Shown here: piece by piece, positions 36,568-45,835 of the stretch
Layout of the letters: each line of letters starts with the position of its first letter
Position numbering within the stretch: position 1 is the first letter of the stretch
The notes under the pieces: model-generated
The model's input: only the letters and a program-made list of their open reading frames with translations
Databases searched by the model: none
Told to the model about the DNA's origin: nothing
Origin: Deltaproteobacteria bacterium
Lineage (GTDB): Bacteria; Myxococcota_A; UBA9042; DTJE01
Assembly (NCBI GenBank): GCA_029555025.1
Contig: JAKPTZ010000115.1
Span: 24,898-88,897, forward strand
Reading direction: 5' to 3'
DNA length: 64,000 bases
Position numbers and translations under genes: made by a program

Positions 36568-37201
36568 GTTTCGGCGCAAGCCGTCAGTGGGGGTTGCATT
36601 GCGAGTCCAGAACGGATCAATCCTGGCTGTTCTGCCTTTGCTGGCGGTCATCGGGGCGTCGTGCGGCGGCAGTTCGGACGCCGATCTTGTCGAGGCTGCC
36701 TTTCTGGAGTTCCAGACCGGGCTTGCCGAGGCCAAGGGCGACGTACTCTGGGGCATCGTCGATGATTCCACCAGGACTTACTTCGAGGAACTGGCCAAGT
36801 CGATTCGCGAAACCTGTCGTCTTGTATCCGAGGCCTACCCTTCGGACGATCGCGCGGCAACGCTGCGATCCGTCGGCGGGGACATCCTGGCGTCGGCACG
36901 GGATGGAAAATCCCTGTTTGTTTATATGCTTGACGCGAGAAGGCTGGTTCCACCGAAGGATCCAGATTCCGCGAAGGTCCTGGAGATCAAGTTGAACGGC
37001 CGGGATGCGACCGTTGTGACCAGATCCGGCGAGGTCGTCGCATTTGCCAGGAACGCCGACGGCAAGTGGGGAACCAGGATGTTCCTGGAGGCCTTCCGGG
37101 AACTGCCGGCGATTGCCACGCTTAAGGACAACATACGGACGGCCCACGAGAACTGCCGGATGCTTGGAATCGACGTTGACGCTTACGTCACCGGCAAATG
37201 A
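36554..37201 (+). CDS. Hypothetical lipoprotein
   Basis: …ILAVLPLLAVIGASCGGSSD signal/lipobox. The true start is probably an in-frame GTG/TTG just upstream of the hydrophobic segment. The annotated ATG overlaps the preceding gene. Confidence 0.45.
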   Translation: MARFKFRRKPSVGVALRVQNGSILAVLPLLAVIGASCGGSSDADLVEAAFLEFQTGLAEAKGDVLWGIVDDSTRTYFEELAKSIRETCRLVSEAYPSDDRAATLRSVGGDILASARDGKSLFVYMLDARRLVPPKDPDSAKVLEIKLNGRDATVVTRSGEVVAFARNADGKWGTRMFLEAFRELPAIATLKDNIRTAHENCRMLGIDVDAYVTGK

Positions 37202-37231
37202 CGTCACGTCGCGTCGGGGCGGTATATCCAG

Positions 37232-38146
37232 TTGCAAAAGCCTTCATGCCTGCGACAGGGCGACACCGTAAGAATCATCGCCCCGGCTTCCCCCTTTTCA
37301 CGCCAGAAGTTCATGGCCGGTGTCACGATTCTTCGCGAGCTTGGGTTGAAGCCGGTCTGGCGTGACGACATCTTTTCTTCCTGCGATTATCTGGCCGGGG
37401 ACGATGCCCGTCGCGCCGGTGAAATGGTTCAGGCCTTTCGCGACCCTGACAGCGCCGCGGTCTTCCCTGCCCGGGGCGGGTTCGGGTGTGCCAGGACGTG
37501 CATCGCGATCGGAAACGAAGTCGAATTGCCGCCAAAACTGCTGGTCGGGTTTTCGGACATCACCGCGCTTCATGCATTTTTTGGTCGCAAGGGTGTTGTC
37601 ACCATTCATGGCCCGAACGTCACGACGCTGCCTTCGATGGAACCGGACACGCTTGAGCAGTATCGCAGAACCATCTTCGGCCTGGATCGTGGAAGGGATC
37701 AGGCATGGGACGGGCTTCGCCCCGTTACCCCGGGCAGGGCCGCGGGCAGCGTGCTTGCGGCGAATCTCACCGTTCTCGTTTCCCTGGCCGGGACGTCGCT
37801 TATGCCTGACCTTCGAGGCAGGATCCTGGTGCTGGAAGACCTGAACGAAAAGCCGTACAGGCTTGACAGGATGCTGTTCCAGCTTTCCCTTCAGCCGGGC
37901 TTCGGTCAGGTCGCCGCCGTCGTTTTCGGCGATTTCATGCTGGAAGGCGACGATATCCCCCTGTTTGAAAGGACGGTGGCAGGATTTGCGGGCAGGTGGG
38001 GCGTCCCCGTGGTGACCGGCTTCCCGCTGGGTCACGGGCGGGCCAACGACTGTATCGGGGAAGGTGTCGATGCCGAGCTCGACGCCGCCGACGGCCGGCT
38101 GGTTGCCCGGGCGCCGGTCAGCCCCCGGGGGCCGGTGAATTCATGA
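37232..38146 (+). CDS. ldcA: LD-carboxypeptidase (peptidase S66, LdcA/MccF-like)
   Basis: N-terminal GDTVRIIAPASP, nucleophile region GFSDITALH and the C-terminal His/Glu region. ATGA overlap with the next gene. Confidence 0.8.
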   Translation: MQKPSCLRQGDTVRIIAPASPFSRQKFMAGVTILRELGLKPVWRDDIFSSCDYLAGDDARRAGEMVQAFRDPDSAAVFPARGGFGCARTCIAIGNEVELPPKLLVGFSDITALHAFFGRKGVVTIHGPNVTTLPSMEPDTLEQYRRTIFGLDRGRDQAWDGLRPVTPGRAAGSVLAANLTVLVSLAGTSLMPDLRGRILVLEDLNEKPYRLDRMLFQLSLQPGFGQVAAVVFGDFMLEGDDIPLFERTVAGFAGRWGVPVVTGFPLGHGRANDCIGEGVDAELDAADGRLVARAPVSPRGPVNS

Positions 38147-39285
38147 AGTTCGACGAAGTCGCGACGATACTTCAGTCGTTCACTGGTGTCGCTTGTCCGG
38201 GATATGCCTTCGAGGCCAGGCGGAACGGTGACGTCCTGGCCCGCATCTGCGGCGGCTTTTCGGCTGGCATCGGGTGTGGCGGGCGCAAGCCTGTTGACGA
38301 GGAAACGGTTTTCGACCTGGCGTCCCTGACCAAGCCCCTTTCGACGGCGCTGCTTGTGGCGATTCTTTGCGATCGCGATGCAGTCGTTCTTTCGACCACG
38401 CTTGACGACTTTTTCGGCGCGGATGACCTGGGCCACCAGTTGTCAGCCGGACAGATGTCGGCATGGCGGTCATGCGACGTTTCGGCCCTTCTGGGCCATC
38501 GTGCCGGATTCGTTCCATGGCTTCCTTTCGCGCGTGAACTTTCGGCCAGCCTGGGCATTTCGGCGGCTGGAAGTCCGCAGGCCGAGTCGGGCGTTATTCG
38601 GATGGCCCTGGACTCGCTGCCGGTGGAACCGTCCGATCGTATCGTCTATAGCGATGTCGGTTATATCCTGCTGGGCATGATCCTTGGCAGGGTCAGCGGC
38701 CGAAAAATCGCCGGGCTCTTTCATGACCTTGTGGCCGGGGAACTGGGGCTTGGTTCAACCGGATTCAGGCCGATTGTTCCCGTTGTCGGTTCGGTCCCGT
38801 CCGATGCCCGGTTTGCGGCAACAGCCTGGTGCGGAATGCGGGGGCGGATCCTGCAGGGCGAGGTGCATGACGACAATGCCTGGTTCCTTGGCGGCGCGGC
38901 CGGCCATGCCGGACTGTTTTCGACGATTTTCGGGACCGCATCGTTGGTCGATGAATGGATTAAGGCCATTCAGGGGCGATCCGCAATCCTTGGCAGGGAC
39001 ACGGCAAGACGGTTCGTGTTCGATGATTTCGGGCCTCGGGACGCGCTTCGCACACCCGGTTTCGACAGGCCGGCGGCCATCGGATCGAACGCGGGCGACC
39101 ATGCCCCGGCAGGCACCGTCGGTCACCTTGGATTCACGGGGACCTCTTTCTGGTTTGATCGAGATTCCGGCTTGTCGATTACCCTTCTTACGAACCGGGT
39201 AAACCCGGAAATGCATGGGCGCAAGGATGAAATCAAGGCCATGCGCAGGGCCGTCTATGATGCGGCCTGGAAGGCGCTTGCGTGA
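38143..39285 (+). CDS. Beta-lactamase-family serine hydrolase (class C/esterase/PBP-like)
   Basis: S-x-x-K motif in FDLASLTKPLSTALL, within a beta-lactamase-like fold, ~380 aa. ATG at 38143 overlaps the ldcA stop. Confidence 0.7.
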   Translation: MKFDEVATILQSFTGVACPGYAFEARRNGDVLARICGGFSAGIGCGGRKPVDEETVFDLASLTKPLSTALLVAILCDRDAVVLSTTLDDFFGADDLGHQLSAGQMSAWRSCDVSALLGHRAGFVPWLPFARELSASLGISAAGSPQAESGVIRMALDSLPVEPSDRIVYSDVGYILLGMILGRVSGRKIAGLFHDLVAGELGLGSTGFRPIVPVVGSVPSDARFAATAWCGMRGRILQGEVHDDNAWFLGGAAGHAGLFSTIFGTASLVDEWIKAIQGRSAILGRDTARRFVFDDFGPRDALRTPGFDRPAAIGSNAGDHAPAGTVGHLGFTGTSFWFDRDSGLSITLLTNRVNPEMHGRKDEIKAMRRAVYDAAWKALA

Positions 39286-40853
39286 TCTGAAACGGCGTTT
39301 TTCCCCGTGGCCCCAAGTCCCCTGAATATCTGGCCGGAAAGGCCGCGTCCCGTTGTCGAGAGCGTGCGATAGACGATATTCGGTGCAAGCACCGATGTGA
39401 ATCTTGCCCCGGCCCTTTTCAGGGCGTGACCGTCCCTTCCTCCGGCGCGGGCGTACCTTGCGGCGCGCCGAACGATCGCAAGCGGCGAATAAATCTGCGA
39501 AATCATGCGTGAGTACGCGGTCTCCAGATCCAGCGCGTTCAGTCGATCCGGCTTGATGACGACGTGCGTGATGTCATAAAGCGACCAGTCGTCGCAAAGA
39601 ATGCGTTCGTCCCGATGAAGCTGGTAAAAAAGCGGTGTTCCGGGATAAGGGGTAAGGACGCTGACCTGTGGAATATCGACATGCCGCTCGATGAAGTCCA
39701 GGGTCGGCTGGAAGGTCTCGGGGCCATGTCCGTCAAGGCCCATTATGAAGCAGCCGATATTCGATATCCCGTGGTCGTGCAGAACTTCAAGCGATCTTGC
39801 GTAAGTATCTGATTTCATGCTCGCCTTTCCAAGTCGTCCCAGGCCTGCCGGGCTCACCGTCTCAAGGCCGACAAGAAGGGTGTGACAACCGGACTCGGCC
39901 ATCATCGCAACAAGGCCGGGATCCTGGCCGACCGTGATTTCCCCCTGTCCGACCCACGTGATTCCAAGAGGCTTCAGGGCCAGAAAAAGGCTGCGCGCAT
40001 ATCGGGTGTCCCGGATGCCGTTTCTGTGGTCGCTGTCCGAGACGATGTTGTTGTCGGTGAAGAACACGGTCTGGTCGGGGCCGATGACTCCATTTGCCTT
40101 CAGCGTCCGGATTTCGTCCGCAATTTCGGCCACCGGCCGGTGGCGCCTTGCCGCGCCCTGGAACCTGGTCGTCGAGCAGAAAGCGCATGCGTTCCTGCAG
40201 CCGCGACTTGTCTGCACCGGCACGACCCACTGGGCGTATGGAACCGCTTTTCCCGTCCGCCTGGTTCTTCCCGGACCTTTCACAAGGGGGGTAACCCCGA
40301 GTTCCCACGCCGGAACCGGCAGCCCTTCAAGCGTGGTTCCGTGCCCACCGTCATAGATTGGTGCAGGCGTTCCGGAGTCGTAGTCGTCAAGCATCCGGCC
40401 AAGGATCGTCTCGGCTTCCCCCCGTGCCACAGAGTCCGCGTGGGCAAGGCATTCTTCCGGCATGACCGAAGGGTGGATGCCGCCCATGACCACCTTCACG
40501 CCAAAGTGCCTTGCACGATCGGCGACACGGAAAGTCGCCGGTGCGTTCGATGTCGAAACGGTGAACATCGCCATATCGACGTCCCAGTTCCAGCCGGAAA
40601 AGCCTGCCTCCGGTTCGTCGACAAGGATGTACTCGCGCCTGATTCCCCGGGCGGCATCGGCCTTGCCGCACAGTGCTGCAATGTATGGAAGCGCCATTGC
40701 CGGCATGTACGTCCGGCCTTTTCCGGCCTTGACCAGCCTTCCGATGCGCGAAAGCCCGAGAACGGGCGACAGCGCCGTTACAAGCGCCGACGGCGCGAAT
40801 TCAACGTCCTGGCTGCCCCTGACCCTTACGATTGCGATTTTTTTCAATTTCAT
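39255..40853 (-). CDS. B12-binding-domain radical SAM protein
   Basis: CxxxCxxC in VQTSRGCRNACAFCSTTRF. An N-terminal Rossmann-like cobalamin-binding-type region precedes the radical SAM core. ATG at 40853 with an AGGGGA RBS. Confidence 0.75.
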   Translation of the reverse strand: MKLKKIAIVRVRGSQDVEFAPSALVTALSPVLGLSRIGRLVKAGKGRTYMPAMALPYIAALCGKADAARGIRREYILVDEPEAGFSGWNWDVDMAMFTVSTSNAPATFRVADRARHFGVKVVMGGIHPSVMPEECLAHADSVARGEAETILGRMLDDYDSGTPAPIYDGGHGTTLEGLPVPAWELGVTPLVKGPGRTRRTGKAVPYAQWVVPVQTSRGCRNACAFCSTTRFQGAARRHRPVAEIADEIRTLKANGVIGPDQTVFFTDNNIVSDSDHRNGIRDTRYARSLFLALKPLGITWVGQGEITVGQDPGLVAMMAESGCHTLLVGLETVSPAGLGRLGKASMKSDTYARSLEVLHDHGISNIGCFIMGLDGHGPETFQPTLDFIERHVDIPQVSVLTPYPGTPLFYQLHRDERILCDDWSLYDITHVVIKPDRLNALDLETAYSRMISQIYSPLAIVRRAARYARAGGRDGHALKRAGARFTSVLAPNIVYRTLSTTGRGLSGQIFRGLGATGKNAVSDHASAFQAAS

Positions 40854-40996
40854 GATGACATCCCCTGTGCGTGGTGGTCCTTGCCGCCACGACCGCGTCA
40901 ATGGCGGTCGAGTCCATGTACAGAGTCTGGATCTTCGATGTCATCGACGTGTCACGGGATGTCCGGATTGTGCGCGATGGCGGACGGATCCGCGGC

Positions 40997-41707
40997 TTAT
41001 GGCCTGCCGCCGGGCCTGAACATGTATCCGGCACCGAATACCGTCACGAAGAATTCAGGGTCGGTCGGGTCGGTTTCAAGGCTGGCCCTGATTGCCCGGA
41101 TGAAGTTATCGACGGTCCGTTCGGTTCCCTCGTAGTCCCATCCCCAGACCGCCTTCAGGATCTGGTCCCTTGAAAAGACGTGATCGGGATGGGTTGCCAG
41201 GAACATCGCGAGATCGAATTCCCTGGCCGACATTTCCTTCGGGATTCCAGCCTTCTGCGCGGTTCGCGACGCGGGATCAAGCACGACGTCCTTGAATGTC
41301 ACAGGTCTTGCCGCGTGTTCGGCGCGTTCCAGTCGAAGGCGCCGCAGCAGGGCGTTGACCCGGGCCACAAGCTCCCGAACCGAGAACGGCTTCGTCATGT
41401 AATCGTCGGCGCCCAGGCCAAGTCCGCGCACCTTGTCTTCGTCGGTTCCCCTGGCGGTCAGCATCATGATCCGGAGTTCAAGGCCGGCGCGCCTGATTTC
41501 TGCCAGGACGTCGAATCCGTTCATTCCCGGAAGACCCACGTCAAGGATCACAAGATCGGGACGTTCGCTGAAGGCAAGGGTCAGGCCCTTGTCACCGTCC
41601 CGGGCGATCAGCACGTCGAAGCCTTCGTACTTCAGGTTGTGGACAAGGCCCATCGCCAGCGATGCGTCGTCCTCGATAACCAGGATCTTTTCAAGTTGCG
41701 GTTTCAT
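40997..41707 (-). CDS. OmpR/PhoB-family response regulator
   Basis: REC domain (ILVIEDDASL…DLVILDVGLPGMNG…) plus a winged-helix trans_reg_C domain (…YMTKPFSVRELVARV…). ATGA overlap with the upstream kinase. Confidence 0.9.
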   Translation of the reverse strand: MKPQLEKILVIEDDASLAMGLVHNLKYEGFDVLIARDGDKGLTLAFSERPDLVILDVGLPGMNGFDVLAEIRRAGLELRIMMLTARGTDEDKVRGLGLGADDYMTKPFSVRELVARVNALLRRLRLERAEHAARPVTFKDVVLDPASRTAQKAGIPKEMSAREFDLAMFLATHPDHVFSRDQILKAVWGWDYEGTERTVDNFIRAIRASLETDPTDPEFFVTVFGAGYMFRPGGRP

Positions 41708-42768
41708 TCATGTTCACCGTGGCCCTGGCAAGCAGCGGTTTCGCCGCTGTCGGCCTGGTGCGCCGGAAGCGTCAACCTGAAGGTTGCCCCGCCCCCCGGA
41801 GTGTCTTCAACGGTCACAATCCCGCCGGACGCCCGGGCGAATCCGCGAACTATCGACAGGCCGAGCCCCAGTCCGGGAACGTCGGTCTGGCTTGCGGCCT
41901 TTCCGCGGCAGAAGCGGTCGAAAATCATGCTGGTCTCGTCAGACGCCACCCCGGGGCCCTGGTCGGCAACCGAAATGACGACCTCGCCGAACGGCGCAAG
42001 GACTTCGTGAAGCCGGACACCGGGAAAGAAAACCTCGATTCCGACGCGCACCGGCTTTTCGTGATTCGCCCGTCCGTGCGTAAGGGCATTTGAGACCATG
42101 TTGACGACTGCCCCGGCAAACGCGTCGAAATCGACCGATACGTTGTCATTGCATGGGCCTTTGATGTCATGCGCCGCAAGAAGGACGACCGAATCCCTTG
42201 TGGCCGGGGACGCCAGGATTCCGGCCAGCGCGTTTTTGACAAGTTCCGATGCGCACCCGCTTGTCGCCGCGTTGGGGGCGGCCTTTCCCGATTCCCGGTC
42301 CGCCGACAGTTCGTAACCGACCGCCTTTTCCACCAGCGACGAAAGACGGCGCGATTCGATCTCCAGCATCTGCAGAAATTCGCGGCGTTCGTCTTCCGAA
42401 TGGAACCTTTCGTCCCTCAGGGTTTCGATGCCCATCCGGATGGATGCCATCGGGGTGCGCAGTTCATGGCTGACGAACGCGATGAAGTCGGCCTGGGCCC
42501 GCGCCATCCTGTTCTGACGAAGAAGAAGCCCCAGGCTGGTGAACGTGCCGGCGATGACGGCAAGACCCATCACGATGACAAGGACGCCAAGCGCGATGTC
42601 CCCGGCCTGGCGCCAGAACACAAGGACAAGTATGCCTGCCACCGCGGATCCGGCGGCTGGAAGCAGCACGGATCCGAAAAGCAGCCACGGAATCGCCCTT
42701 ATGACGGCAGCCCTGAAAGCACCGGCCATGCCATACCCCCGCCAGCAATCATCCCGCACCGATGTCAT
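41704..42768 (-). CDS. Sensor histidine kinase (2 TM, HisKA + HATPase_c)
   Basis: H-box FVSHELRTPMASIRM. N, G1 and G2 boxes (…NALTHG…, DQGPGV, GLGLGLSIV). Alternative start ATG at 42729. Confidence 0.85.
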   Translation of the reverse strand: MTSVRDDCWRGYGMAGAFRAAVIRAIPWLLFGSVLLPAAGSAVAGILVLVFWRQAGDIALGVLVIVMGLAVIAGTFTSLGLLLRQNRMARAQADFIAFVSHELRTPMASIRMGIETLRDERFHSEDERREFLQMLEIESRRLSSLVEKAVGYELSADRESGKAAPNAATSGCASELVKNALAGILASPATRDSVVLLAAHDIKGPCNDNVSVDFDAFAGAVVNMVSNALTHGRANHEKPVRVGIEVFFPGVRLHEVLAPFGEVVISVADQGPGVASDETSMIFDRFCRGKAASQTDVPGLGLGLSIVRGFARASGGIVTVEDTPGGGATFRLTLPAHQADSGETAACQGHGEHE

Positions 42769-42837
42769 GCAATTGTAACCGGGCCGGCGGAAATGCCGTA
42801 GTGCGGAGCTTCAGGGATTGGGGCAGGAGTGCTGAAC

Positions 42838-42942
42838 CGCTGCGGGCGGATGTAATCCGCCCATACAGGGACAGTCGTGCCAGGCGCTGCGGGCGGATGT
42901 AATCCGCCCATACAAGGCGTACGGGCGAATGAAAATTCGCCC
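42838..42942. repeat. Two 30-bp direct repeats, each an imperfect hairpin, plus a third palindrome, in the divergent intergenic region between the histidine kinase and the CNNM-family gene
   Basis: cgctgcgggcggatgtaatccgcccataca at 42838-42867 and again at 42885-42914 (stem GGGCGGAT/ATCCGCCC around loop GTAA). Then gggcgaatgaaaattcgccc at 42923-42942. Confidence 0.8.
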
Positions 42943-42964
42943 GGGGCGGTGACGTTGACCGCTG

Positions 42965-44329
42965 GTGCCTGACGGTGATAGCATTGACACGACTGAGTAC
43001 GGGGGCAGCCTGCAACGCGTGGGCCCTACTGAATTTCAACTTCTTGTCGTTTTTATCCTGATCCTGCTTTCCGCGCTGGCATCGGCCACCGAGACCGCAT
43101 TGTTGTCCCTTGGGCAGGCCGACATTCATGCCATTCTGAAGGTGGAAAAGCGCAGGTCGCGCATGCTCGCCTGGTGGGATGAAGACCCGAACCGGGTGTT
43201 GACGGCCATCCTTATCACAAACAACCTGATTAACATCCTGGCCTCGTCGCTGGCGACCGGCATTACGCAGGACTACCTGCACCGGATGGGCGTCGATGCC
43301 TCGATTGGACTTGGTGTCGCGGTGGCGGTCGGCGTCATGACGTTCATGATCGTGATGTTTGGCGAAGTAGTGCCGAAGACGTTCGCCAGGAACAATCCCA
43401 GGTCGATGCTGCCTTTCCTTCCTTTGATGTGGCTTCTTTGCAAGTTGTTTTCGATGCCGGCACTGGCCCTGCAGCGCGCCAGCAGTCGTTTCATCAGGGC
43501 GGTCGGCGGGTCGGTCGACAACCGTGAAAAGGTGACCGAGGCCCAGATCGATTCGCTTATCCGCATCGGGGCCGAGCAGGGCTCGCTGGCCGGCGAAACC
43601 GGCGACCTTCTTTCGTCGGTGATGGAATTTTCGGAAACCCGATCCATGGAAATCATGGTTCCAAGAACCGACGTCGTGGCGTTCGAAGTCAACGATTCCC
43701 TTCAGGAAGTGCTTCGCGTGATGAACGAGCAGAAGTACTCGCGCTATCCGGTCTATGAGGAAGACCTGGACACTATACTGGGCATCCTCACCACCAAGGA
43801 CGTGCTCGAGTTCCTGTCGAAAGGCCCCGAGGGCAAGTTCAGCGTCCGCGAAATGGCCATGCGCCACAAGGCGATGATATTCCCGGAAGTGATCAAGATT
43901 GGCGCGCTGCTGAAGGATATGCAGAAGGAGCGCGTGCAGATGGCCTTCGCGTTCGACGAGTTTGGCGGGATGGCCGGCATCGTGACCGTCGAGGACATTG
44001 TCGAGGAAATCGTCGGCGAGATCTGGGATGAACACGAAAAGGCCGAGGAGCCGGTCAAGTCTTCGGCCGATGGATCCTGGATCGTCAAGGGCAGGGCGGC
44101 CGTCGAGGAACTTGCCGAGGAAACGGGCATCGAGATTCCCGATCAGGATCTGTACGAGACGGTCGGGGGAATGGTGATGACCCTGGCCGGCAAGGTTCCG
44201 TTGAAGGGCGACAGGGTTTCCTTTGCCGGTTTCGAGTTCGAGGTGCTGGATCGAACCAGGACCAGGGTGATATGCCTTTCGGTTCGAAAGGTTCCGGACA
44301 CCGGACAGGATCCGGATGAGCAGGACTGA
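42965..44329 (+). CDS. CNNM/TlyC-family membrane protein (DUF21 + CBS pair + CorC_HlyC)
   Basis: N-terminal 4-TM DUF21 region, tandem CBS (…RYPVYEEDLDTILGILTTKDVLEF…) and a C-terminal CorC/HlyC transporter-associated domain. Confidence 0.8.
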   Translation: MPDGDSIDTTEYGGSLQRVGPTEFQLLVVFILILLSALASATETALLSLGQADIHAILKVEKRRSRMLAWWDEDPNRVLTAILITNNLINILASSLATGITQDYLHRMGVDASIGLGVAVAVGVMTFMIVMFGEVVPKTFARNNPRSMLPFLPLMWLLCKLFSMPALALQRASSRFIRAVGGSVDNREKVTEAQIDSLIRIGAEQGSLAGETGDLLSSVMEFSETRSMEIMVPRTDVVAFEVNDSLQEVLRVMNEQKYSRYPVYEEDLDTILGILTTKDVLEFLSKGPEGKFSVREMAMRHKAMIFPEVIKIGALLKDMQKERVQMAFAFDEFGGMAGIVTVEDIVEEIVGEIWDEHEKAEEPVKSSADGSWIVKGRAAVEELAEETGIEIPDQDLYETVGGMVMTLAGKVPLKGDRVSFAGFEFEVLDRTRTRVICLSVRKVPDTGQDPDEQD

Positions 44330-44380
44330 CGGCGGCGTCGCGGGGGCGGGCCGCATCTTTCATTTTCTTCCTGGTGAATC

Positions 44381-45697
44381 ATGAAAGTCGGTGTTATCGG
44401 TACCGGGTATGTTGGGCTTGTGCTTGGCGCGGGGCTTGCCGAAACCGGGAATCACGTCATCTGCGGCGATATTGATGCCGAAAAGATCCGGATTCTTAAC
44501 GAGGGCGGCATCCCGATATGGGAGCCCGGCCTTGACGGCATGGTGCTGCGTAATCGCGAAAAAGGCCGGTTGCGCTTCACGACGGACATCCAGGGGCTTG
44601 TCCGGGACTCCACCGTCGTGTTCATTGCAGTCGGAACCCCACCGCAGGAAGACGGAAGCGCCGATCTTCACCATGTGCTGGGGTGCGCGCAGACGATTGC
44701 CACGACGATGGACGGTTATCGACTGATTGTGGTCAAGTCAACGGTGCCGGTCGGGACGTGCGACAAGGTTCGCGATATTGTTGCCGCAAACACGACACAT
44801 CCGTTCGATATCGCGTCCAATCCGGAATTCCTGAAGGAGGGGGATGCGATCCAGGACATGATGAAGCCCGATCGCATCGTGTGCGGCGTCGATTCGCCGC
44901 GTGCCCGTGAGCTTCTGGAAGACGTCTATCAGACGTTCATGAGAACCGGAAATCCAATCCTTTTCATGGACGTGAAATCGTCCGAAATGACCAAATACGC
45001 CAGCAACGCAATGCTCGCGACCAGGATTTCCTTCATGAACGAGATGGCCGCCCTCTGTGATTCGCTGGGTGCCGATATCGACTGCGTTCGGCGCGGGATG
45101 GGCGCGGATCCCAGGATTGGTTCGAAATTCCTTTTTGCCGGCGTGGGATACGGTGGATCGTGTTTTCCCAAGGACGTAAAGGCCCTGGCATCGACCGGCC
45201 GTGAATGCGGTCTTCCCATGAAGGTGCTCAACGCGGTCGAGGAAGTGAACGCGGCGCAGAAGAGGCTTCTTGTGGAAAAAGTCGTCGGTCATTTCGGGCC
45301 GGATCTTTCCGGGTTGAAGCTGGCGGTCTGGGGGTTGGCCTTCAAGCCGAATACCGACGACATGCGCGAGGCCCCGTCGATTGAAGTGATTTCAGGTCTT
45401 ACGGAGTTGGGCGCGACCGTTTCGGCTTACGACCCCGTTGCTTTGACGACTGCGGCACGTGTTCCGGAAATTGGCGGCAATCGAGGCTGCACGATAGTGA
45501 CGACATGCGCCGAGGACGCCCTCGACGGCGCGGACGCGCTTCTTCTGGTGACTGAATGGGGCGAGTTCAGGAATCCGGATTTCGACGAACTGAAACGTCG
45601 AATGAAGGGTAACGTCATCTTTGACGGGCGAAACATATTCGATTCGTGCCGCGTCAGGGATGCCGGGTTCCGTTATTACAGCATCGGCCGCCCCTGA
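44381..45697 (+). CDS. ugd: UDP-glucose 6-dehydrogenase
   Basis: N-terminal MKVGVIGTGYVGLV NAD-binding motif. Catalytic region GGSCFPKD. UDPG/GDP-mannose dehydrogenase family, 438 aa. Confidence 0.9.
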   Translation: MKVGVIGTGYVGLVLGAGLAETGNHVICGDIDAEKIRILNEGGIPIWEPGLDGMVLRNREKGRLRFTTDIQGLVRDSTVVFIAVGTPPQEDGSADLHHVLGCAQTIATTMDGYRLIVVKSTVPVGTCDKVRDIVAANTTHPFDIASNPEFLKEGDAIQDMMKPDRIVCGVDSPRARELLEDVYQTFMRTGNPILFMDVKSSEMTKYASNAMLATRISFMNEMAALCDSLGADIDCVRRGMGADPRIGSKFLFAGVGYGGSCFPKDVKALASTGRECGLPMKVLNAVEEVNAAQKRLLVEKVVGHFGPDLSGLKLAVWGLAFKPNTDDMREAPSIEVISGLTELGATVSAYDPVALTTAARVPEIGGNRGCTIVTTCAEDALDGADALLLVTEWGEFRNPDFDELKRRMKGNVIFDGRNIFDSCRVRDAGFRYYSIGRP

Positions 45698-45835
45698 CAT
45701 ATCCTGAAATCTGTTCACCCCCGGCCGGGCATTACTCCAGCTCGACGATTCCTGATTCCAGTCCGTGAAGACGGTTTGAAACGACTTAAGTGGCCGGGAT
45801 TACACAGGGATGCGATTTGGATCGGGCCGGTGCGG

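Noticed and set aside
33829-36771. Minus-strand ORFs of 345 aa and 414 aa antisense to the Cys-repeat lipoprotein
   Set aside because: Repetitive Ala/Arg/Val translation mirroring the sense-strand Cys repeats. No start context. Shadow frames.
45698-45835. Intrinsic terminator between convergent ugd and the LTD lipoprotein gene
   Set aside because: Only a self-complementary CCCGGCCGGG 10-mer without a loop or U-tract was found. Not a convincing rho-independent terminator.
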